A stretch of DNA of 64,000 nt from Ignavibacteriota bacterium (lineage in GTDB: Bacteria; Bacteroidota; Ignavibacteria; UBA10030), in assembly GCA_963727825.1 (NCBI GenBank), contig CAVSHO010000008.1, positions 130,675 to 194,674 of the forward strand. Reading direction: 5' to 3'. The position numbers and the translations under genes were made by a program. This document shows positions 50,688 through 60,069 of this stretch, in pieces. The notes under the pieces were generated by a model that had not been told where the DNA came from, made no database searches, and worked only from the letters and a program-made list of their open reading frames with translations. Numbering within the stretch: the first letter of the stretch is position 1; the number at the start of each line of letters is the position of its first letter.

Positions 50688-51313
50688 ATTCGATTTCCAT
50701 TACAGTAAATGGATTATCGAAAGATTTCAATCGAAGTGCGATCTTTAAGGATATTTCGTTTTCTCTGTCCTCACCGGCATCGCTGTCGATTACAGGAAAA
50801 AATGGCGCAGGGAAATCGACGCTTTTAAAAATTCTTGCCGGTTTGTTAAGTTCAACGCGGGGATCTATTACCTATTCAGTAAATAGAAAGCAAACTGGAA
50901 TCGAAGAGATCAAACATCACATTGGATTTGTTTCTCCATACTTAAATCTGTACGACGAGTTCACTGCATTAGAAAATCTTCAATTTCTTTCCCGCATTCG
51001 ATCATCAACTTATCATAATAATGAAAAGATAAAGGAGCTGCTGATACTTGTCGGATTGTGGAATCGTCGAGACGATGTAGTTAGTACGTTCTCTTCGGGA
51101 ATGAAACAGCGTTTAAAATATGCATTTGCTCTATTGCACAATCCGGCTGTTTTAATCCTCGATGAGCCGACCAGCAATCTTGATGATGAAGGCATTGAAG
51201 TAATAAAGCAAATTATAATAGAGCAAAAGAATGAAAATATTTTGATTATCGCAACGAATAACAAAGAAGAAGCTAATTGGTGCGTACAACAAATTCAAAT
51301 CGGGAAAATATAA
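50684..51313 (+). CDS. ccmA: Heme export ABC ATPase CcmA
   Basis: GKNGAGKST, FSSGMKQR and ILDEP; first gene of the ccm cluster. Confidence 0.88.
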   Translation: MNSISITVNGLSKDFNRSAIFKDISFSLSSPASLSITGKNGAGKSTLLKILAGLLSSTRGSITYSVNRKQTGIEEIKHHIGFVSPYLNLYDEFTALENLQFLSRIRSSTYHNNEKIKELLILVGLWNRRDDVVSTFSSGMKQRLKYAFALLHNPAVLILDEPTSNLDDEGIEVIKQIIIEQKNENILIIATNNKEEANWCVQQIQIGKI

Positions 51314-51347
51314 CTGGAATTGATTCTCTAATATTTATTAAAGAACT

Positions 51348-52019
51348 ATGAGTTTTATTTCAAGCACATTGGCTGTCGTCTCGAAAGATGTTCGTTCTGA
51401 ACTACGAACACGTTATGCAATGAACGCACTTCTGATGTTTGTTGTTACATCGGTGGCAACAATTTTGTTCGCTCTTCAAGATGATGAAGTAAGCACAGAT
51501 GTTTTCTCCGGAATGTTCTGGGTAGTTATTTTCTTTACAGCGATGTCGGGCCTTTCTCGAATATTTGTCAGTGAAGAAGAACGAGGGACAACGATGACGC
51601 TTCAGCTTGTTTCTTCACCTTCTGCAGTTTATTTTGGGAAATTGATATTCAACTGCGGTCTGACACTTGCACTCTCATTAACGGTGACTATTTTATACCT
51701 AATAGTTTTTCCAATGTTTGTTATCAAGTCAATGGCAATCTTTATATTGACAATTATTCTGGGAAGTCTTGGATTCGCTGCCGCCGCAACTATTATTGCG
51801 GCTATCGTCGCTAAAGCGAATACGAAAGGGACTTTGTATCCGGCGCTTTCATTTCCAATTCTGATTCCATTGCTGATAACAGTGATGAAATCAACTACTC
51901 GAGCATTAGATGGTAATGTGTTTACTGCTGCCCTGGGCGAATTCCAGATCCTTGTTTCGTATTTGATGGTAATTACTGCTGGCTCGTATCTTTTATTCGA
52001 TTATGTATGGAAGGAATAA
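51348..52019 (+). CDS. ccmB: Heme exporter permease CcmB
   Basis: KD.RSELRT, F..EEERGT...L and L.P.L.FPILIP. Confidence 0.93.
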   Translation: MSFISSTLAVVSKDVRSELRTRYAMNALLMFVVTSVATILFALQDDEVSTDVFSGMFWVVIFFTAMSGLSRIFVSEEERGTTMTLQLVSSPSAVYFGKLIFNCGLTLALSLTVTILYLIVFPMFVIKSMAIFILTIILGSLGFAAAATIIAAIVAKANTKGTLYPALSFPILIPLLITVMKSTTRALDGNVFTAALGEFQILVSYLMVITAGSYLLFDYVWKE

Positions 52020-52021
52020 GC

Positions 52022-52726
52022 ATGCGGTTTATTAAATACTCATCAATTGCATTTATCACGTTTGTGATTGTTGCAGGCATCGCGATACCAATGATTCCGC
52101 AGCCGCAAAGTTGGCTGGAATTTCCCATCATTCCCGGGCTCGAAGATAAGGCGCGAAGTATTTTCTTTCACGTGCCAATGGCGTGGGCCTCGATGCTTGG
52201 TTTTTTATCCGCGTTGTTTTACGGATTTCGATATCTACAAACAAAGGATTTCGATTACGATATCAAATCAGTTTCTTCAGCAGGACTTGGAATGATGTTC
52301 TGCGTACTCGCGACTGTAACGGGTTCTATTTGGGCTAAGTTCAATTGGGGTTCCTTCTGGAATTGGGACCCGCGTGAGACTTCCATCTTTATTCTTCTTC
52401 TAATTTACGGAGCGTACTTTGCGCTTCGTTCAGCGCTCAGCTCAAATGAAATTCGCGCTCGTCTCTCAGCAGTATATTCTATTCTTGCAGGATTGTCAGC
52501 TCCATTCTTTATATTTGTTATGTCACGCATCGTTGGCGGATTGCATCCCGGCGCAAAAGGTGATACAGCAGGTTCTACACCGATGATACAGCTTCAAATG
52601 CCGCCGAATATGTATTTCGTGCTTTTTATCGGAATTATCGGATTCAGTCTATTATTTGTCTGGCTTCTGAATATGCGCGTTCGTGTTACACGGATAGAAT
52701 ATCAACTTTCAAAAAAAGAGAATTGA
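52022..52726 (+). CDS. ccmC: Heme exporter CcmC
   Basis: FFHVPMAW, WWD-like GSIWAKFNWGSFWNWDPRET and LHP. Confidence 0.94.
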   Translation: MRFIKYSSIAFITFVIVAGIAIPMIPQPQSWLEFPIIPGLEDKARSIFFHVPMAWASMLGFLSALFYGFRYLQTKDFDYDIKSVSSAGLGMMFCVLATVTGSIWAKFNWGSFWNWDPRETSIFILLLIYGAYFALRSALSSNEIRARLSAVYSILAGLSAPFFIFVMSRIVGGLHPGAKGDTAGSTPMIQLQMPPNMYFVLFIGIIGFSLLFVWLLNMRVRVTRIEYQLSKKEN

Positions 52727-52733
52727 GGAAGTT

Positions 52734-52871
52734 ATGTACGAATTCTTAAATCAAAACCAGATGTATATCGTCCTTGTTATATCACTGCTGATCTGGTCCG
52801 GTATAATTTGGTATCTAGTGCGGATAGATAAAAAGATTGGACAGATAGAAAAGCGATTGAAGAAGGATTGA
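52734..52871 (+). CDS. ccmD: CcmD family small membrane protein (absent from ORF track)
   Basis: MYEFLNQNQMYIVLVISLLIWSGIIWYLVRIDKKIGQIEKRLKKD*: one TM helix plus a basic tail, between ccmC and ccmE, with SD GAGG. Confidence 0.85.
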   Translation: MYEFLNQNQMYIVLVISLLIWSGIIWYLVRIDKKIGQIEKRLKKD

Positions 52872-52875
52872 CAAA

Positions 52876-53256
52876 GTGAATGTAAAAGTTATAGTCGGTG
52901 GTGTGATTATTGTCTTTGGTATTGTGCTTGGAGCGGTTAATTTCTTCGATTCAAATATCGAGTATGGCGACTTTGCTCAGGCGAGGAAAACACAGAAAAA
53001 AATTCAAGTAAAGGGCGAATGGGTGAAAGACCGTGAGAGTTCTTTCGATGTGGAGAAAATCCAATACACTTTTTACCTGAAAGACGACAGCGGAGAGATT
53101 CTCAAAGTTGTTTTAGATGGTGCCAAACCGAATAACTTTGACATTGCACCAAGCGTAGTTGTAAAGGGTAAGTATATGAACGATCACTTCCATGCAACAG
53201 AAGTGTTGACCAAATGCCCCTCAAAGTATGAAGGCAAAACTGGTGTGATGAAATAA
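52876..53256 (+). CDS. ccmE: Heme chaperone CcmE (CxxxY type)
   Basis: VVVKG...FHATEVLTKCPSKY. Confidence 0.93.
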   Translation: MNVKVIVGGVIIVFGIVLGAVNFFDSNIEYGDFAQARKTQKKIQVKGEWVKDRESSFDVEKIQYTFYLKDDSGEILKVVLDGAKPNNFDIAPSVVVKGKYMNDHFHATEVLTKCPSKYEGKTGVMK

Positions 53257-53264
53257 ATGCCACT

Positions 53265-53294
53265 TGTAGAGACGTTCAATTGAACGTCTCTACA
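53265..53294. repeat. GTAG-type REP palindrome
   Basis: Perfect 30-bp palindrome TGTAGAGACGTTCAATTGAACGTCTCTACA between convergent genes. Confidence 0.75.
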
Positions 53295-53299
53295 TAAAC

Positions 53300-54337
53300 C
53301 TACTTGAGTATTACACCCCATTCCGTAATAACAAAACCAATCCGTTTGAACTGAGGAATTAATGGAGCAGGAAGCGTTTCGCCAAAATCGTTTCTTCCTT
53401 GTATAACATAAAACAGGCGAAGCATATTGTCAGGCGACTCCGAGATTTTTAGTTTGATTGTTTTTCCAATTTCATTAGCAAATTGTGGATAAATGATATA
53501 ATATGGATAGTCTACTAACCGCGGAATCCAGTATTCGATAAAATCGTTTTTCTCACGTTCACTAAAACCAGCAAGAAGAAGATTGTTTGTGAAAAATGAT
53601 GAGAGTGTGTCTCTACTAACGACCCAACCGGAATCATATTGATATGCATCTGGATTCTTGCTCTCATAAAAAAGATAATCATACTGATGATTAATTCTGC
53701 CGGATGGTTCTACTGAAACATTCCAACCATTGGAATACAAGGGCACTGATTGAAGAATGGATCCTCCCAGCGGAAATTCCAATGTAACGGACAGATCGCA
53801 TGCAGCTTTCGGATAGAGATAAATATTAGGTTTATAAACAACGACTTGATGTGTATCGATAATAGTTATTTGAATACGTTGAGGGTGTTCAATTTCCACA
53901 TTATCAAAGCGCGCATTAATGAATACATCCGCGACATAATTGCCGGAACTTAAAGCAGCCACAGAACTCAGAGGATTGAATGGTCCAAGCCATCGATTCG
54001 TTAAAGTGGAATCGGCTTTGAGTACACCGGGAAGAACTACCTGTGGCCACGCGTAGCCATAATATTGTCGGGAAATAATTGTATCGTTCCGGGTAATATA
54101 GATTTCCGAAACGGGCCCGGTCCATGTGTAGTTCTGATCTATGCCGGTCTTATTAGTCATCTGGAAAACCAAGTAGAACGGCTTGCCTTTCCGGAAGACG
54201 GTGCTAAGATTTCCAAGCGTGTCGGTGGTTGAGAACGATGTCGAGATGACTTGTCCCGAAATCGGTTGTGTTGTTTCATCTTTCTTGCATCCCATCAACA
54301 CACTTGCAACGAAGAGAGCTATGATGATGTTCCTCAT
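53300..54337 (-). CDS. Hypothetical lipoprotein with C-terminal KPNIYLYP domain
   Basis: SD GGAGG, lipobox LMGC; KPNIYLYP, YLFYE, FIEYWIPRL and EWG motifs. Confidence 0.8.
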   Translation of the reverse strand: MRNIIIALFVASVLMGCKKDETTQPISGQVISTSFSTTDTLGNLSTVFRKGKPFYLVFQMTNKTGIDQNYTWTGPVSEIYITRNDTIISRQYYGYAWPQVVLPGVLKADSTLTNRWLGPFNPLSSVAALSSGNYVADVFINARFDNVEIEHPQRIQITIIDTHQVVVYKPNIYLYPKAACDLSVTLEFPLGGSILQSVPLYSNGWNVSVEPSGRINHQYDYLFYESKNPDAYQYDSGWVVSRDTLSSFFTNNLLLAGFSEREKNDFIEYWIPRLVDYPYYIIYPQFANEIGKTIKLKISESPDNMLRLFYVIQGRNDFGETLPAPLIPQFKRIGFVITEWGVILK

Positions 54338-54525
54338 AGATACCTCCATCAGTTACTTCTAAAACAAACCTACAATCTTCCGGTCAACAAATCAACCCGT
54401 GATTTTCACCTAAGCGAAGCCGTTCTATAAAAAATTATCAAATAAATGATCACTGGTTTGCCGTTTGTTATATGAAATCATAGATCCATTTTGTATAGCC
54501 AAAGATGCGGGAAAGGAGTTCCTCT

Positions 54526-55326
54526 TTATTCTGTTATTTTTAAACAAACAGCAATACTTTCAATCGTTATGGTTTCAGGCATACAAAATGGAATTGCAAC
54601 TTTGTCAGTTTTTGATAGTGTCAATGCTGGTTCGTTCTTAAAATCAATAATACTAAGTCTTGCCTGTAGTTTATTTTCAATAATCCAAGAATGAGATGAA
54701 ATGTTCTTCAATTTGAGAGTGCAAACCTCACCAGGTTCTAACGAATATAATCGAAGAAAAATAATTTTATTTCCTTTACCATCAGTTCCATTAAACCTAA
54801 GAATATCCGTTGAAATATTTACCTTTCCACAATTCACAGTAAGTTCATTTTTTGGTTTTACCATTTCAATAATAACTTTATTAAAATGCAAATTAGATAC
54901 ACTAAATTCTATTTTAATATATATTTCGTAAAATGCCTCATTTGTTTTATTATTTACTTTTATCAATGTTTGAGAATCCCACTCATCTGACGCCAAATTG
55001 ATATTCTGAGGAGATACTGAAATTGGTTCTTTTTGAAGAGGTGAAGATGGATTTTTTTCACACCAAGTAAACCACTCATCCCTATGTCTGCGTAATTCGT
55101 TAGGAGAGTACTTATTGCCTATCGGATGTTTTGAGTTATAATGCCCCGCTTCTCCATGACAACGTAGACATAGAACTATTGCGTTTTCAATTTCATTTAA
55201 GCCCCCATCTGCTTCCTGTATAATGTGATGAACATTGGTGTATCGTCCGGCAAACTCATGACAGATACAACAACAGCGTCTAGCCTTTACGAGAGAATCT
55301 TCTTTAACGATTTCAGGAAATGGCAT
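54526..55326 (-). CDS. HNH endonuclease with uncharacterised C-terminal domain
   Basis: RCCCICH...VHHII..ADGG.N.IENAIVLC.RCH; visibly AT-rich. Confidence 0.88.
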   Translation of the reverse strand: MPFPEIVKEDSLVKARRCCCICHEFAGRYTNVHHIIQEADGGLNEIENAIVLCLRCHGEAGHYNSKHPIGNKYSPNELRRHRDEWFTWCEKNPSSPLQKEPISVSPQNINLASDEWDSQTLIKVNNKTNEAFYEIYIKIEFSVSNLHFNKVIIEMVKPKNELTVNCGKVNISTDILRFNGTDGKGNKIIFLRLYSLEPGEVCTLKLKNISSHSWIIENKLQARLSIIDFKNEPALTLSKTDKVAIPFCMPETITIESIAVCLKITE

Positions 55327-55544
55327 ATAACACACTCCCTCAAGATATAAGATTGAGATTATTTTTATTCAAGACCCTATGGAAGAGGGCTACTAATCCT
55401 ATCGAAGCAAACTTTAACTCTATAATTTAATGTAACTCTGGTAATAACACATTGCGCATATCCAACTAATCTGATTAGCAAAAACAAACAATGCTACATT
55501 AAATCGCTGTGAACTCATCCCAATTATTCTTCTCGAATAAAATC

Positions 55545-55609
55545 CTATCCTCTATTCACAATAAAGTCGAAAAGATTTTCAATCCCGAGTGACCATTTTG
55601 ATATAAACG
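55545..55609 (-). repeat. Diverged 65-bp duplicate of the bshB1 3' end (other copy 55813-55877)
   Basis: Encodes FISKWSLGIENLFDFIVNRG* versus FISKWSLGIENPFNFIVNRG*. Confidence 0.9.
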
Positions 55610-55803
55610 TCATGCTTGCTGTTCAAGACGCTCGAGAGCATCCACACGCATAATTCTGTAAAAGCGTAGGGAATTTTCCATGTACCGCCCCATCTTGATA
55701 TTCCAATTTGGAACATCAAGTTATCGAACTCTTCTTGGCTATGTGGTCACAAATTGTGACCACATCATTTTTCGCTTCCTCCGTAAGCCCGGACATAAAG
55801 TCT
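55610..55803 (-). pseudogene. ORF6N (KilA-N-like DNA-binding) domain remnant
   Basis: DFMSGLTEEAKNDVVTICDH, then in another frame EEFDNLMFQIGISRWGGTWKIPYAFTE..V.MLSSVLNS. Matches the ORF6N DFMF.L / PYAFTE.GVAMLSSVLNS pattern. Confidence 0.8.
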
Positions 55804-55812
55804 GCATAAATC

Positions 55813-56542
55813 TCACCCTCTATTCACAATAAAGTTGAAAGGATTTTCAATCCCGAGTGACCATTTCGAAATAAACGGTTCGCCGTATTTTACGCCAATC
55901 TTAGAACCGAAATATCGGCATCGGGTTTCGATCACTTCTAAAAAGTCAGGCCGGCTCAACTTTGTCTCGCTTTCTTTGCTTTCCGGATTGAAAAATTGCG
56001 AGGCATGAGCGCGCACGGACTTCATTTTCAAATCAAATGAACCGCTGATATCAACAATAAATGACGGCTCAAACTCCATCCATTGCATAAACTCGAAATA
56101 GTGATGCGGGCGGTGGCGTTCCTGAACTTTACCGTTGAGTTTTGTTTTCATTTTTTCCAAACCGCTGTAGTTACCATGCCTCACGGCAAAGTTCGCTTGT
56201 GTGCACGTGGTCCGGATGCCGTTCAACACCATAAGGAATAATAAGGAGAGCAGGACGAAGCTCGCGAATGAGTGTGATGATCTTTAATAGATTATTTTTA
56301 TTTACTTCAACATTTCCGTCGGGGATTTGTAGATTCCGTCGTGTTACGGCGCCAAGTAATTTTGCCGCTTGCCGCGCTTCTTCTCTTCTAATCTCCTTTG
56401 TGCCGCGTGTGCCAAGCTCGCCCTGCGTCAGGTCGCAGAGAGCAACTTTATATCCTTGCTGGACAAATTTAGCGACTGTTCCACCGCAGGCAAGTTCAAT
56501 ATCATCAGGATGTGCGCCAATAGCTAATACGTCGATGTGCAT
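55813..56542 (-). CDS. bshB1: Bacillithiol biosynthesis deacetylase BshB1 (PIG-L family), one frameshift near 56171
   Basis: GAHPDDIEL, GELGTRG, RHPDH, VDIS and H.SQF. TGG-TAAC-TAC reads W-Y-Y-S-G-L if one A is removed. Confidence 0.9.
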
Positions 56543-56680
56543 TGTTTTTCCTCGAATTGTTGATGTTAATATAAACAAGAAAAATGAAAAATGGTAAACG
56601 GCTGAGAGTATTAAGATATTCTAATTTTCCAGAGTTGAATGTGGTGCCAACATTCGGTAATTTGGGATTGGAGTTACTGC

Positions 56681-57877
56681 ATGGCAATCGAAAAAAATGT
56701 AATTACCATTACCGAACTAACGCGGCAAATTAAATTCTCGCTGGAATCGAGTTTCCCACGTGTATGGGTTGAAGGTGAAATTTCCAATTTCAAACAGCAT
56801 ACTTCCGGGCATTTATATTTTACGTTAAAAGATGAAGGCGCTCAGATTTCTGCGCTTATGTGGCGGAGTCGCGTTGCTAATCTCACCTTTCAACCGGAAG
56901 ATGGAATGAAGGTAATCGCCCGCGGTTCAATTACCGTGTATCCGCCGCGCGGGAATTATCAACTTGATGTAGAGCAGATTCAGCCACTTGGACTTGGAGA
57001 ACTTCAGCTTGCGTTTGAGCGTCTAAAGCAAAAGTTAGATAGAGAAGGATTGTTCGATGCTGAACATAAGAAACCAATTCCAGAATTTCCCGAATGCATA
57101 GGTCTTGTCACGTCGGAAACAGGAGCGGCATTACAGGATATTCGAAGTGTGCTTTCGCGCCGCCATCCATCCGTTGAAGTAGTCCTTGCTCCGGTGCGCG
57201 TGCAAGGGGCAGGCGCGGCAGAAGAAATTGCCGATGCGATCAAATATATGAATCAATATGGCGGAATAGATGTATTGATTATTGGACGCGGCGGCGGTTC
57301 GCTGGAAGATTTGTGGGCGTTCAATGAAGAAATTGTGGCTCGTGCTATTTACGCATCAAAAATTCCGACTATAAGCGCTGTTGGGCACGAAATTGATTTT
57401 AGCATTGCGGATTTTGTAGCGGATTTGCGTGCGCCAACACCCTCGGCGGCAGCAGAATTAGTTGTTCATGACCGTTCAGAACTTCTTGAAGATATTGGCA
57501 ACTTATGCTATACTATGCGCGGCGCACTCGATAATCAATTGTCTGGACTTCGTACGCAAACGACAAGTTTGGTGACGAGTTATTCTTTCAATCGTCCCAG
57601 AGATTTGGTCAGAGAATTCTCTCAGCGTGTGGATGAATTTGAACGCAGTATTGGAATTTCTTTTGCTCATGCCGCACAGACAGTGCATCAAAAATATAAT
57701 TCGCTTCAGCTGCAATTGCAGGCGTTGAATCCGGGCGGCGTGCTCAAACGCGGTTATGCAATTGTGAGGAAGAAAGGGCGAATTGTTTCGAGTGCGGATT
57801 TGCTTGATTATGGCGACGAAGCTGATATTCAATTTCACGATGGCACTATCGGTGTGAAAGTAGAAAAAGGACATTAA
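56681..57877 (+). CDS. xseA: Exodeoxyribonuclease VII large subunit
   Basis: WVEGEISNF, SGHLYFTLKD, RGGGSLEDLW.FNEE and RAPTPSAAAE. Confidence 0.97.
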   Translation: MAIEKNVITITELTRQIKFSLESSFPRVWVEGEISNFKQHTSGHLYFTLKDEGAQISALMWRSRVANLTFQPEDGMKVIARGSITVYPPRGNYQLDVEQIQPLGLGELQLAFERLKQKLDREGLFDAEHKKPIPEFPECIGLVTSETGAALQDIRSVLSRRHPSVEVVLAPVRVQGAGAAEEIADAIKYMNQYGGIDVLIIGRGGGSLEDLWAFNEEIVARAIYASKIPTISAVGHEIDFSIADFVADLRAPTPSAAAELVVHDRSELLEDIGNLCYTMRGALDNQLSGLRTQTTSLVTSYSFNRPRDLVREFSQRVDEFERSIGISFAHAAQTVHQKYNSLQLQLQALNPGGVLKRGYAIVRKKGRIVSSADLLDYGDEADIQFHDGTIGVKVEKGH

Positions 57878-57879
57878 TC

Positions 57880-58119
57880 ATGACGGCAAAGAAAGCAGTG
57901 AAGAACTCATTAGAAAGTTCTCTTAAGCGACTTGAAGAAATTGTGGAAACGCTAGAGCGCGGTGATGCATCGTTAGATGATGCGATGAATTTATACGAAG
58001 AAGGTGTTCAGATTTCAAAACAGTGCGCTGAGAAACTGAAAGCCGCTGAATTGAAAATAAAAAAATTATCTAAAGAGATTGATGGGCAATTTACAATAAA
58101 TGAGTCTGATGAAGCATGA
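57880..58119 (+). CDS. xseB: Exodeoxyribonuclease VII small subunit
   Basis: LE.IV..LE.G..SLD.AM.LYEEG...C...L..AE.KI. Confidence 0.95.
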   Translation: MTAKKAVKNSLESSLKRLEEIVETLERGDASLDDAMNLYEEGVQISKQCAEKLKAAELKIKKLSKEIDGQFTINESDEA

Positions 58120-60050
58120 GCGATTTTAATTTTCAATTTCTTGATTCTATTAATCTTCCGGAAGATTTGCGCAAATTGAATGTTCAAGAACTCAGAACAG
58201 TCTGTGCTGAGGTACGAGAGTACCTGATCGATTGTGTCTCGAAAACAGGCGGCCACCTTGGCGCCGGACTCGGCGCGGTGGAGCTTACCGTAGCACTTCA
58301 TTATGTCTTTAATACACCGGAAGATAAACTTGTATGGGATGTCGGACATCAAGCATATCCGCATAAAATTTTAACCGGACGAAAAGACAGGATGGAAACA
58401 ATCCGTACATTGGGCGGATTGAGCGGTTTTTTAAAGCGTTCAGAAAGCGAATACGATACATTTGGTGCTGGGCACGCAAGTACGGCAATCTCGGCAGCGC
58501 TAGGTATTGCAGCGGCTCGTGATTTAGAAAAGAAGAATTTCAAAGTAGCAGCAATTGTCGGTGATGGCTCGATGACAGGCGGGATGGTGTACGAGGCGAT
58601 GAACAACGCCGGCGTGCTGAAGAAAAATCTTATCGTAGTACTCAATGACAACCAAATGGGTTCGCTTTCATCGATAGAACCGAGTGTTTGGTCATTCCAC
58701 AATTATTTTACAAAGATGCTGACACATCCTACATACAACAAATTCAAAGCGAATGTTTGGGATTTGACAGGTAAATTGGACTCGTTCGGCGATCGACTTC
58801 GTATGGTTGCGCAACAGATGGAAAGAGGAATTAAGGCGGTGGTAACACCGGGCATGCTTTTTGAAGCGCTTGGCTTTCGGTACTTTGGTCCGATCAACGG
58901 GCATAATGTTGTAAAGCTGGTTGAGATATTCAGGCAAGTCAAGGATCTCAATGGTCCTATTCTCATTCATGTGATTACTGAAAAAGGAAAAGGATATGCG
59001 CCGGCGGAGTGCGAGGTAACGCGTTTGCACGGAGTGACGCCATTCGATAAAATTACCGGTATCTCTCCAAAGAAAAATGGTCAACCGCCGGCTTACACGG
59101 ATATTTTCGGTAAAGCTCTGGTGGAAATCTGTAAACAGAATACAAAAGTCGTCGGTATTACTGCTGCAATGTCGGATGGAACAGGCTTAATTCAACTCCA
59201 CGAAGAAATGCCTGAGCGGTTTTTTGATGTTGGTATTGCCGAACAACATGCTGTAACCTTTGCGGCAGGCATAGCAACGGAGGGATATATTCCGGTTGTC
59301 GCAATCTACTCTACTTTTATGCAGCGTGCATTCGATCAAGTAGTGCACGACTGTGCGATTCAGAAATTGCATATCGTTTTAGCGATGGATCGCGGCGGAT
59401 TAGTCGGTGCCGATGGTGCTACGCATCACGGTGCATTAGATTTTTCTTTCTTACGTTGCGTTCCCGGTATGGTTATAATGGCGCCGAAGGATGAACAGGA
59501 ATTACGCGATATGCTCTTTACCGCTGTTGAGTATAAGCATGGACCTATTGCTCTTCGGTATCCGCGTGGTCATGCGCTTGGAGTTCCTGTGCGTGATGGA
59601 TTTCAGAACCTGGAAATCGGCAAAGCCGAAACAGTACGCACCGGTAAAGACATTGCTATTCTTGCCATCGGAAATATGGTGCCAAATGCACTCAAGGCGG
59701 CAGAATTGTTAAGCAATGATGGCATTGAAGCAGAAGTCGTGAATATGAGGTTTGCGAAACCGATTGATGAAGAATTATTGAAGTCGTTAGCCCAGCGAAT
59801 CAATACATTCCTTACCGTTGAAGAAAATGTTATTCGCGGCGGATTCGGGGCTGGAGTGTTGGAAGCGCTGAGCCATTGCGGTATTTCAAATGTTTCTGTT
59901 AAGATACATGGATTGCCGGATGAATTCATAGAACAAGGTTCTCCTGACGAGTTACATCGGATTGTCAAGCTTGATGCTGATGGGATTGCTGAAGTGGTGA
60001 GAGAATATTTGAAAATCACACGCGAAAATTCCATATTACATACTACTTAA
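58116..60050 (+). CDS. dxs: 1-deoxy-D-xylulose-5-phosphate synthase
   Basis: WDVGHQAYPHKILTGR, GDGSMTGG, DVGIAEQHAV and DRGGLVGADG.THHG. Confidence 0.98.
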   Translation: MSDFNFQFLDSINLPEDLRKLNVQELRTVCAEVREYLIDCVSKTGGHLGAGLGAVELTVALHYVFNTPEDKLVWDVGHQAYPHKILTGRKDRMETIRTLGGLSGFLKRSESEYDTFGAGHASTAISAALGIAAARDLEKKNFKVAAIVGDGSMTGGMVYEAMNNAGVLKKNLIVVLNDNQMGSLSSIEPSVWSFHNYFTKMLTHPTYNKFKANVWDLTGKLDSFGDRLRMVAQQMERGIKAVVTPGMLFEALGFRYFGPINGHNVVKLVEIFRQVKDLNGPILIHVITEKGKGYAPAECEVTRLHGVTPFDKITGISPKKNGQPPAYTDIFGKALVEICKQNTKVVGITAAMSDGTGLIQLHEEMPERFFDVGIAEQHAVTFAAGIATEGYIPVVAIYSTFMQRAFDQVVHDCAIQKLHIVLAMDRGGLVGADGATHHGALDFSFLRCVPGMVIMAPKDEQELRDMLFTAVEYKHGPIALRYPRGHALGVPVRDGFQNLEIGKAETVRTGKDIAILAIGNMVPNALKAAELLSNDGIEAEVVNMRFAKPIDEELLKSLAQRINTFLTVEENVIRGGFGAGVLEALSHCGISNVSVKIHGLPDEFIEQGSPDELHRIVKLDADGIAEVVREYLKITRENSILHTT

Positions 60051-60069
60051 ATATCATATCGGACATTGT

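Noticed and set aside
50684-53256. ccm cluster lacking ccmF/H and with Cys-type CcmE
   Set aside because: CxxxY CcmE is the known System I* variant, and ccmF may lie outside this window.
55545-55877. Diversity-generating retroelement TR/VR pair
   Set aside because: Mismatches are not confined to adenines (C/T present) and there is no reverse transcriptase in the window.
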